Below, one piece after another: positions 46,347 to 53,356 of a DNA stretch of 53,356 nucleotides. The stretch is taken from the IMG/VR virus record IMGVR_UViG_3300044844_001309, positions 1-53,356 of that record, one strand, 5' to 3'. The number at the start of each line of letters is the position of its first letter. Positions within the stretch are counted from its first letter, which is position 1. The position numbers and the translations under genes are program-made. This stretch comes from a virus (taxonomy: Duplodnaviria; Caudoviricetes). A model generated the notes under the pieces. That model had not been told where the DNA came from. It was given only the letters and a program-made list of their open reading frames with translations, and made no database searches.

Positions 46347-47023
46347 GCCACGAGCCTCAGCGGCTCGGGCGCCGCGCCCTTGCGCCGGACGTAGGCGCCC
46401 AGGCTCCCCGGCTCCCGGAGCGCCCAGCAGCCCAGACACACGGCCTCGGCGGCGTCGTGGTCGAGCGCCGTCGCGGGGCCGGTGTAGCGGTCCCGGAGCT
46501 CGAGCTCCGCCAACCGCACCGCCTGGGCCTTGAGGAACGCCGACCGCTCCGCCTTCGGCCGGCGCGCGAGGTGCGGCGCCTTCGTGGCCAGCCCCAGCGG
46601 CGCGCGCCAGCGGTCGGGGGTGGGCGCGAGGATGAGCGGCCGGCGGTACGCCTGACGGAGCGCCTTGGCACGCTCGCGCGCGAAGCTCTCGACCCACGTG
46701 ATGGCCTCGGCGCGGGCGACGATGGGCGCCGAGCCCTCGCCCCGACGCATCGGCGGGAACATCTCCACGCACGCCACCCACGGACGGTCGATCGGGACGT
46801 GGCTCGCGAGGTCGAGCCACACGTGGCGGAGCGACCCCTCGGCGCGCGCGGCGCCCGAGCCGTAGGCCAGCACCCGGCGCGACCCACCGATGAGCCGGAG
46901 CCGATCGGCGGTCGGGTCGATCGGCGCGGCCAGCACCGCCCAGCCCGTGCGCGTGAGGGAGGGGTCGATCGCGATGATGGTGGCCCATGTCTCGGGGGCG
47001 GCGAGCGGTACCGCGGCGCTCAC
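46343..47023 (-). CDS. RuvC-like Holliday junction resolvase
   Basis: IIAIDPSLTRTGWAVL, ACVE, PTPDRWR, DHDAAEAVCLG. Confidence 0.8.
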   Translation of the reverse strand: MSAAVPLAAPETWATIIAIDPSLTRTGWAVLAAPIDPTADRLRLIGGSRRVLAYGSGAARAEGSLRHVWLDLASHVPIDRPWVACVEMFPPMRRGEGSAPIVARAEAITWVESFARERAKALRQAYRRPLILAPTPDRWRAPLGLATKAPHLARRPKAERSAFLKAQAVRLAELELRDRYTGPATALDHDAAEAVCLGCWALREPGSLGAYVRRKGAAPEPLRLVA

Positions 47024-47205
47024 CGCGCCACCCCGTCGATCGTCGTGAGCAGTCGGGCCACGCGCTCTACCAGCGTGCCCTCGGTGTAGCCGGCCTCGCT
47101 CAGCAGCGACTCCAGCGCGGCGCGCTCGGTCTCCAACTCCAACACGTCGACGACGCACGCGGTCTCGTGCTCGGCGGTCGTGCGGTCGATCTCTCGGGTC
47201 GTCAT
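47020..47205 (-). CDS. Hypothetical protein
   Basis: Coupled ORF with GGAGG RBS. Confidence 0.45.
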   Translation of the reverse strand: MTTREIDRTTAEHETACVVDVLELETERAALESLLSEAGYTEGTLVERVARLLTTIDGVAR

Positions 47206-47717
47206 GCAGCCTCCCGCGCCCGCAGGCGCTCTCGGTCGTGGAGGAGCTGGCGCCCCTCGTCGGTGATGGACCACCCCTGCGCGGGCCGGCCCCAGGCCGG
47301 TGCGAGGCGGGTCGCGGTGACAAGCGCCGGGTCGCGGCGTGCGTGGGTGAGGAGCCGTCGGGCCACGGCGATCGTCAGCCCGAGCGCGGCGCGCAGCTCG
47401 GCGAGGCTGACCGGCGCGGGCGCGCGGTCCAGCAGCACCAGCATCGTGCGCAGGCCGGGGCCGAGCCGGGTCATGCCGTGCCGGACGCGGGCCTCGTACA
47501 TGGGTGTGAGCGCCCACGTCGCCGGCTCAGCGGTCGACCAGCGGTGGCCGGTCGTCGTGATGCGCCCATGCCCCGCGAGGATGCGCAGGGACCCGCGCAC
47601 GCTCTCCGCGCCGGACGTGGGGAGGAGCGCCCGGATCTGGCGGGTCGTCGCGGGCCCGTCGAGGAGCCGGGTGATGATGGTGCGCTGCACCGCCGTGAGC
47701 GCGCGGTCGGTGATCAT
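47202..47717 (-). CDS. Tandem winged-HTH protein
   Basis: Two wHTH-like units (GPATTRQI...; PVSLAELRAALGL...WSITDEGRQLL). Confidence 0.65.
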   Translation of the reverse strand: MITDRALTAVQRTIITRLLDGPATTRQIRALLPTSGAESVRGSLRILAGHGRITTTGHRWSTAEPATWALTPMYEARVRHGMTRLGPGLRTMLVLLDRAPAPVSLAELRAALGLTIAVARRLLTHARRDPALVTATRLAPAWGRPAQGWSITDEGRQLLHDRERLRAREAA

Positions 47718-48571
47718 GCCGCCCCCTGTGCGTCGACGAGGGCCCGGCCTCGCGCCGTGACGGTCCAGGTGGCGGGCGCCCGCGGGTGCGCGCCGAGCTG
47801 GCGCTCCACGTAGCCTCCGCCGGTAACGACGGCGCCCAGCCGCCGGGAGACCATGCGCGACGACAGGCCGACCACCTCGGCCAGCGCGGCGACGGTCCAG
47901 CCGCCGTCGCCCATCGCGGCGAGGAGGCGCACGAGGTCCGGGTGGACGCGCTGCGGGGTGACCTGGTCGCGCTGCGCCAGAATCCAGCGCCGCCGACCCA
48001 CAGCGTCGAGCTCCACGGCGCGGGCCCCCTCCCCGTCCGCCGTCACCGCCCAGAGCAGGGCGCGAGCGCCGGGGCGCACGAGCCCCGCGGAGGCGATGTA
48101 GCCCGACCGCGACAGCTCGCGGATCGAGGCGTGGATGTTCTGGACCGGTGCGCTCGTCCAGTCGGCCAGGTCCGCGGCGCCGCACGTCCCGGCCTCGGCG
48201 ATCAGATCGAGCACGTGGCGGGTCTGCGGCGGCAGGTAAGCCGGGGGTGTGCGGGCCAGGGACAGCGGCTCGGCGCGCCCGTCGCGGACGTGGCGCACCA
48301 GCTTGTCCGTGACGCCGAGCTGGCGCCGGATCGTGCGCTGGGAGGTGCCCATCGCCAGCATGGCCTCGACCTCGTCGTAGAGCGCCGCGTCGATGCGGTG
48401 CGGGCCGCGGGGTGCGCCGCGGGCGGCGGCGTCTCGGCGGAGGCCAGCGGCGTGCGCGAGACCCCAGACGCGCTGGCGGCTCACGCCCGCGTCGGCGGCG
48501 ATGGCGCGGACGCAGTCCCCGGCGCGGTAGCGGTCGAGGATGGTGGCGTTGCGGGCGGCGAGATCGGTCAT
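47714..48571 (-). CDS. Multi-HTH DNA-binding protein (about four HTH units)
   Basis: IAADAGVSRQRV, SQRTIRRQLGV, ADLADWT, TVAALAEVVGLSSRMVSRRL. Confidence 0.7.
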   Translation of the reverse strand: MTDLAARNATILDRYRAGDCVRAIAADAGVSRQRVWGLAHAAGLRRDAAARGAPRGPHRIDAALYDEVEAMLAMGTSQRTIRRQLGVTDKLVRHVRDGRAEPLSLARTPPAYLPPQTRHVLDLIAEAGTCGAADLADWTSAPVQNIHASIRELSRSGYIASAGLVRPGARALLWAVTADGEGARAVELDAVGRRRWILAQRDQVTPQRVHPDLVRLLAAMGDGGWTVAALAEVVGLSSRMVSRRLGAVVTGGGYVERQLGAHPRAPATWTVTARGRALVDAQGAA

Positions 48572-48954
48572 GACCCGACCTCCTCGTCCACGGGCGCGGA
48601 CAGCCAGGCGTTGCCGTCGGTCAGCGGCGCCGCGGGCGGGCGTCCACGGCGGGCCGCCAACGCCACGCCGAGCTGCGCGAGCACCTGGGCGCGCGCGTGG
48701 TTGGTGTTCGTCGCCTCACCCGGGACGCGGGTCGGCGCGGCACCCGACTCGACGGCGGCGATCTCGCGCTCGAGCGCGGCGAGGTAGGTGCCCGTGCGGC
48801 GGATGTCCTCGGCGATGTCCAGCCGCGTGCGGATCTCCAGCGGCCGGCGCTGCTGTGTCGTGGCCAGCGTCTCGCGCAGGCGGGCCAGGGTGGCCGTGGT
48901 GGTGTCGCGGTCGTGCCGCAGCACGTCCAGGCGGGTGATGCCGGGGGCGTTCAC
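48568..48954 (-). CDS. Hypothetical coiled-coil protein
   Basis: ORF coupled to neighbours. Confidence 0.45.
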   Translation of the reverse strand: MNAPGITRLDVLRHDRDTTTATLARLRETLATTQQRRPLEIRTRLDIAEDIRRTGTYLAALEREIAAVESGAAPTRVPGEATNTNHARAQVLAQLGVALAARRGRPPAAPLTDGNAWLSAPVDEEVGS

Positions 48955-49130
48955 AGGACACCGCCCAGCACGCCACCCAGCGCCCAGGCGAGGCGGAGCG
49001 CGGTCCAGACGAAGGCCACGAGCACAAGCCCCAGCGTGAGCGTGCGCAGGCTGCGCCGCGGGCGGGGGACGGGGATCGATTCCAGGCGGGGGAGGTCAGC
49101 GGCCGAGCGGCCGGCGCGGCGGGCGATCAC
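48951..49130 (-). CDS. Small membrane protein
   Basis: C-terminal hydrophobic segment LTLGLVLVAFVWTAL. Confidence 0.4.
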   Translation of the reverse strand: MIARRAGRSAADLPRLESIPVPRPRRSLRTLTLGLVLVAFVWTALRLAWALGGVLGGVL

Positions 49131-49332
49131 AAGGCACCTCGCCCGCACCCACGGCGCGACCGGTCGCACTGCCCGATGCGTCGACCGCAGGCGCACCAGG
49201 GCTCGGCGCTGGCCAAGACGCGGTCATCGACATGGGCGCCCTCTGCGGGGTCGGATGCCTCAGGCGCAGCCCCCGCCGCCCCCACCACCCGCGCGCGGAG
49301 AGACTCGGACTCGGTGAGCGTGATCGCGCCGC

Positions 49333-49683
49333 TCACCCCCCACCCCCCACAACGCCCACGCCCCACTCCGCCAGCGCCAACTCGCGCGCCTTCTTCGCCG
49401 TGTCGCAGCCGTGCTCCAGGTGCCAGGCCACGCGCTGCGCTAGGAACGCGGTCTCGCCGCTGAGGTCGGCGATGCGCTGGCGCAGCGTCGCGTCTGCCGC
49501 CCGGTCGCGCATCATCATCGCGTTGGCGACACGCTCGCTCACGCTGGCATTCGCCGCGGCCACGCTGGCCTTCATCGTGTCGCGCTCCGACTCCAGGTCG
49601 GCGATGCGCTGGCGCGCGTGCCTCAGGTCGCGGCGCATGGTGTCGACCACGTCGGCGCTGTAGACCTTCTCCCCGCCGCTCAC
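49333..49683 (-). CDS. Hypothetical coiled-coil protein
   Basis: RQRIADL occurs twice. Confidence 0.45.
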   Translation of the reverse strand: MSGGEKVYSADVVDTMRRDLRHARQRIADLESERDTMKASVAAANASVSERVANAMMMRDRAADATLRQRIADLSGETAFLAQRVAWHLEHGCDTAKKARELALAEWGVGVVGGGG

Positions 49684-49928
49684 GCCCGCACCTCCACACC
49701 CTCGGCCAGCGCCGGCAGCACGCGCTCGGTCGGGCGCTCGTGGCGGTCGGCAAGGAGGTCCTCTCGGCCGTAGTCGTGGAGCTGCGCGCGGAGCGAGGCC
49801 AACGCCGCCGCCGCCGCACGCGAGCGGTCGAGGTCGGCGAGCGAGCACGCGGGGCGCGTCACAGCGGCCGAGAGCTCGCGGGTGATGGCCAGGATCTTGG
49901 GGTCGGTCAGGACGAGTCGAAGGCTCAT
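49680..49928 (-). CDS. Hypothetical protein, first gene of an early operon
   Basis: ATG 35 nt downstream of TTGACG. Confidence 0.55.
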   Translation of the reverse strand: MSLRLVLTDPKILAITRELSAAVTRPACSLADLDRSRAAAAALASLRAQLHDYGREDLLADRHERPTERVLPALAEGVEVRA

Positions 49929-49934
49929 GTCCTG

Positions 49935-49963
49935 TATCTAGTATTTAGATGATAGAGCGTCAA
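49935..49963 (-). promoter_or_regulatory. Sigma70-like promoter (leaderless)
   Basis: TTGACG-17 nt-TAGATA-6 nt-ATG in an AT-rich island. Confidence 0.65.
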
Positions 49964-49964
49964 G

Positions 49965-51086
49965 CTACTCGCTAAAAGATATTCCGCCACCGAAGCGCAG
50001 CCGCAGCTGCTCGGGCTCGGTGACGGGCGCCGGTGCGATCTCGCCCGCGAACGGGATCCGCTCGACTTCCGCGGCGATCTGGCTCCACTCCGTCCGCGAG
50101 TAGCCCTCGACCACGTCCCGGCTCCGGGCGTGGGTCACTTGCCGGATGAGCCCCGGCTCACACCGTGCGGCGCGGGCGGCTGTGAGGAACGTGTGCCGGA
50201 GCGCGTGGGGTGACCGACCCTTGCGCAGCCCCAGCACGGCCAGGTCCTGCCGCATCCGCGCCGCGGCATTGTCGCCGCGCACAGGGGTGCCGTTGCCTGT
50301 GGGCACCAGCAGGTCCTCCCCGCGCGGGATGCGGCCGTGCCGACCGGCCCAGCCGAGGGCGTGCCACCAGGTCAGGCCGCGGGCGAGGGTCGAGTGGACC
50401 GGGACCCGGCGCACCGTCGCGGTCTTCGTCGCGCCCATCCGCCGCTCGCGGCAGTCGAACGACCGGGCCACGAACAGCTCGAGCCCGCCCACCGAGCTCC
50501 GCCGCAGGTCCGACCAGCGCAGCGCGGCGACCTCCCCGATCCGCATCCCCGCCATGCCGCACAGTCCCCACAGCACCCGCCGCTGGGCAGGCACCCGAGG
50601 GTCCGAGACCAGCTGAGCCAGCTCGTCCAGCGCGAACCAGAACCCCGCCCGCCACTCCGGGTCGGCGTCCGCATCCGCCGGGAGGTCGGCCGGCCCCAGG
50701 ATGCACGGCGTTGAGGGGATGATGCCGTCCACCACCGCGTCCCGCAGCACCCAGCTCAGCGTCGCGTAGGCGTGCCGCACCGTGCGCGGCGCCAGGTCCT
50801 CGGCCAGCCGCGCCACCCAGACCCGCACCCACGCGGCCGTGATGTCGGCCAGCGGGACGCCCGCGAAGGCCGGCCGCGCGTAGCTCTCCAGCCGCTGCCG
50901 GTCCGTCCGTAGCGAGCGCGGACGCACCTGAGCCCGCCTCGCCAGCCACCGATCCACGTACACGCCGAAGGTGCAGTCGGGGGCCGCCGTCGGCGCCGAA
51001 AGGCGCGCCAGCTCGGCAGCGGGCACACGAGGAGAGCGAGAACGCATGAGCGATCTTCCTCCGAGGGCGCACGTCTGGTGCGTCAA
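49965..51086 (-). CDS. int: Tyrosine integrase
   Basis: Catalytic set GMRIGEVAALRW (R), TKT (K), HALRHTF (HxxR), VTH, EGY; adjacent to a tRNA-derived att core; start may be 51047. Confidence 0.93.
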   Translation of the reverse strand: MTHQTCALGGRSLMRSRSPRVPAAELARLSAPTAAPDCTFGVYVDRWLARRAQVRPRSLRTDRQRLESYARPAFAGVPLADITAAWVRVWVARLAEDLAPRTVRHAYATLSWVLRDAVVDGIIPSTPCILGPADLPADADADPEWRAGFWFALDELAQLVSDPRVPAQRRVLWGLCGMAGMRIGEVAALRWSDLRRSSVGGLELFVARSFDCRERRMGATKTATVRRVPVHSTLARGLTWWHALGWAGRHGRIPRGEDLLVPTGNGTPVRGDNAAARMRQDLAVLGLRKGRSPHALRHTFLTAARAARCEPGLIRQVTHARSRDVVEGYSRTEWSQIAAEVERIPFAGEIAPAPVTEPEQLRLRFGGGISFSE

Positions 51087-51143
51087 AGTAGCGTGGAAAT
51101 CATTGCGTTCGCGCGCGTGAGCAAGGCGGCGCGCGAATGAAAA

Positions 51144-51539
51144 TCAGGCGGCTTTCGCCGAGGGATTCTGATCGTGGCGAGCGCGCGGTTTCGTAAACCG
51201 CAGGTCACCGGTTCGATCCCGGTCGTTGGCTTCCCCACCCACGCGCCGCTTCCCCTTCCCGCCCCCACCCGGGGACGGTGCCGGCCCGCCGCTCAGCGCG
51301 ACCGCCATTGCCCGCGTCGACTCCAGCCGCTCCCGCGCCCGATCGAGGTCCGACGCAAAGCGCCAGACCACCGCGACCGACACACCATACTGCTCGGCCA
51401 GGGCCTGCGCCTCGGCGGCACGGTCGGCCTGCTCGGTGTGGGGGACATTGCGGTACAGGAGGCCCGAGTCCTTGGGACGCGGGCCGCGCTTCTTCGGCGA
51501 AGTTTTCGGGTCGGGGGCCGGCGGGATCTTCTTGCTCAT
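51144..51539 (-). CDS. Ribbon-helix-helix-like regulator whose 3' end spans attP
   Basis: Basic N-terminus; RNVPH...AQALAEQYGVSVAVVWRFA; open frame through attP ending SAKAA. Confidence 0.6.
   Translation of the reverse strand: MSKKIPPAPDPKTSPKKRGPRPKDSGLLYRNVPHTEQADRAAEAQALAEQYGVSVAVVWRFASDLDRARERLESTRAMAVALSGGPAPSPGGGGKGKRRVGGEANDRDRTGDLRFTKPRARHDQNPSAKAA
51185..51231 (+). other. attP core: 3' part of tRNA-Thr(CGT)
   Basis: gcggt-TTCGTAA-accgc anticodon arm, accgg-TTCGATC-ccggt T arm, cgttggc acceptor 3' strand; 5' acceptor strand and D arm absent. Confidence 0.85.
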
Positions 51540-51642
51540 ATCTACTCGTATGCAGACGTTTCGGTGCACCGTCAACGGCTGAACACCTGCTCCGGCCGGG
51601 GCGCGCGGCCGCCCTCACATCGCATCACGCTGATGTCCGGAT

Positions 51643-52020
51643 CTACGTCGCGAGCGCTGCCTCATACGCCTCACGGATCGTCGGGCCGTGACTGGTGCGG
51701 ATCATGTAGCCGCGCTGCACAACGACCGCCCACCCCTCGCCTCCCACGGCCTGAGCTCGCGCGACCTCGCGCCCGTCGTCGTAGATCACCGCGTGACCCC
51801 GACCGCGCAGTATGGGCCACGGCCCGGGCTCAAGCCCGAGCGCTCGCCGGGTGAGGGTGGCGACGGGCCAGCCGCACGCCGCGACCCACTCGGCGAGCTG
51901 CTCGGCCTGAGCCGCCGTCAGGCGGGGCGCGGCGAGCCGCTCGCCCGCCGCCCGGCCCGAGGGGCGGCGGCCCGCACCCGCTCGAGCGCCGCCCCGGCCG
52001 GGCTTCGCTGGGCGGGTCAT
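51643..52020 (-). CDS. RHH-like DNA-binding protein with RGGARAGAGR motif
   Basis: GRGGARAGAGRRP followed by RLTAAQAEQLAEW...VATLTRRAL. Confidence 0.55.
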   Translation of the reverse strand: MTRPAKPGRGGARAGAGRRPSGRAAGERLAAPRLTAAQAEQLAEWVAACGWPVATLTRRALGLEPGPWPILRGRGHAVIYDDGREVARAQAVGGEGWAVVVQRGYMIRTSHGPTIREAYEAALAT

Positions 52021-52412
52021 CGGCCGACCTGGGCTTGGGCCGCCGCTCCGACGATCGCCGCTGCGATCATGTTGAGGGGCCCCGCCGCACGCGCCCAAGC
52101 CTCTCTCACCTCGTCTGGAGACTCCACGCTGGGCCACCTCGACGACTCCCACCACTCACGGCGATAGGCGATGGTCTCATCTCTGCCTCTGGGGACCGAA
52201 GCGTCATCGACCTCGGCACGCGCGCGCTCGATGAGCGGCGCCAGCTCGGGGACCGCCACGGTCGCACGCCAGCGATCCAACGGGGTGGTCCAGGTCGCAC
52301 GCCACAACGCGACTAGAGACGTGGCGACCTCCACGCCGATGCTCTCTCGCGCGGCCTCGCCCACGCCGAGCGCCAGGTGGGCCAGGGCTAGGCGGCTCTC
52401 GTCGCGGCTCAC
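52017..52412 (-). CDS. Hypothetical protein
   Basis: GAGGT RBS; coupled. Confidence 0.5.
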   Translation of the reverse strand: MSRDESRLALAHLALGVGEAARESIGVEVATSLVALWRATWTTPLDRWRATVAVPELAPLIERARAEVDDASVPRGRDETIAYRREWWESSRWPSVESPDEVREAWARAAGPLNMIAAAIVGAAAQAQVGR

Positions 52413-52663
52413 GACGCCACCTCGACACTCTCGACGCTGCCCATGTCCTCGCCGCTCTGGCGAGTCCAGTAGGCGACCGCGAGCTCGGCCGCGCGCAGCG
52501 GGCGGTGCCGCGCGTCGGCAGTCTGGTACGGGAGCGTCTCGACGCTCTCACCGTCGCGGTCGACGGTGACGCTCTGGATAGGGGCCGAGGCCTGCGCCAG
52601 ATCGGCACGCATAATCCACTCGGTGCCGTCGCTCATGGTCACGATGTAGTCGGTGGTCTTCAT
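52409..52663 (-). CDS. Hypothetical early protein
   Basis: AGGAGAGACC before the ATG. Confidence 0.6.
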   Translation of the reverse strand: MKTTDYIVTMSDGTEWIMRADLAQASAPIQSVTVDRDGESVETLPYQTADARHRPLRAAELAVAYWTRQSGEDMGSVESVEVAS

Positions 52664-52731
52664 GGTCTCTCCTGTGGCGCGGGTTGTCCGCGCCGTGCAT
52701 GCTGGGCGCCCGCACACCGCTGTCACGGTGC

Positions 52732-52761
52732 GGGGCGCCCGGTGGTCTCTCCGGGCGCCCC
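52732..52761 (-). other. GC-rich 11-bp hairpin after a stop codon (no U-tract)
   Basis: ggggcgcccgg-8 nt-ccgggcgcccc. Confidence 0.6.
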
Positions 52762-52769
52762 GGGCGGGG

Positions 52770-53240
52770 CTAGGCGTTGGCCATCGCCCGAGTCCGCGTC
52801 TCGATGATCATTGCCTCGGCCTGGCTCCGGGCCACCGAGTCACGGGCGAGGGCCCGCCGCGCGAGCTGCGCGGTCGCGTCGTCGCCCGCCGCCTCCGCCT
52901 CGGCGCCGAGGGCGCGCACGTCGTCGTCGGTCGCGCTGATCTGGCACGCGGCGACCCAGGCGCGGCCGAGCAGGTCGGTGAGCTGCGCCTCGGTCACACG
53001 GCCGTCCGAGGCGTCTTCGATGTACGAGCCGCGGCGGACGTCGGGGCCCTCGCCCCGGATGCGGCACCCCTCGACCTCGCCCTGCCGAGTCGGCCGAACG
53101 GTGATCGACAGGTCGTCGCCCTCGTGAGCCGAGAGCCACTCGGTCATGTACGCGCAGCGTGCGGCGTGCTCCTCGGTGGTGACGGGGGCGCCCCAGGCAT
53201 CGGCGCTCAGTACGTGGGTCAGGCGGATCTCGGTGGTCAT
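52770..53240 (-). CDS. Hypothetical early protein
   Basis: GAGAGAGACC before the ATG; normal composition. Confidence 0.6.
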   Translation of the reverse strand: MTTEIRLTHVLSADAWGAPVTTEEHAARCAYMTEWLSAHEGDDLSITVRPTRQGEVEGCRIRGEGPDVRRGSYIEDASDGRVTEAQLTDLLGRAWVAACQISATDDDVRALGAEAEAAGDDATAQLARRALARDSVARSQAEAMIIETRTRAMANA

Positions 53241-53356
53241 GGTCTCTCTCGTTTCTGCCGGGTGCGCTGTCACGCCCCGACGAGAGAGACTCTACGCGTT
53301 CTCTGGTTCGTGGTCTACCGTAATTCAAACAATCGTACAACCGTAGCAACGGCGGC
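53230..53356. repeat. Terminal direct repeat, right copy
   Basis: Identical to 1-127. Confidence 0.95.

Noticed and set aside
46343-47023. RuvC protein as a Cas12/TnpB/Tas-type RNA-guided nuclease
   Set aside because: About 226 aa with a compact resolvase layout; no Zn ribbon, Nop domain or adjacent non-coding array, and it is far from the cas operon.
50312-50337. gtcctccccgcgcgggat resembling the start of a type I-E repeat
   Set aside because: Single copy with an incomplete hairpin inside the integrase coding sequence; such matches are expected by chance at this GC content.
51160-51235. Complete tRNA-Thr gene
   Set aside because: The 5' acceptor strand (GCCAACG) and a proper D arm are missing; only the 3' part is present, as expected for attP.

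Overview
The window is an apparently complete, circularly permuted genome of a high-GC temperate tailed phage of about 53.2 kb. Bases 1-127 are repeated exactly at 53230-53356, which looks like an assembly overlap. Nearly all genes are on the minus strand. In transcription order they are: early genes; a small ribbon-helix-helix-like gene whose 3' end contains attP (the 3' part of a tRNA-Thr(CGT)); a tyrosine integrase; recombination and replication genes (RuvC, ERF, Rad50/SbcC-like ATPase, C5 and N6 methyltransferases, an initiator with internal iterons); a CRISPR-Cas effector operon; then terminase, MuF, portal, protease/scaffold, capsid, siphovirus-like tail genes and lysis genes. The stand-out feature is the Cas operon at 29099-34485. 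It is a type IV-B-like module (csf1, cas11, csf2, csf3) that also carries a Cas6e-like gene, an HTH plus RelE-like pair and the cysH/PAPS-reductase gene. I found no CRISPR array and no cas1/cas2. Second is an attP-inside-regulator layout resembling integration-dependent immunity. The host is not determinable from sequence alone; a Cys-rich lipoprotein and spanin-like genes hint at a high-GC diderm such as Myxococcota (inference). All family calls come from motif recognition by eye, not database searches.
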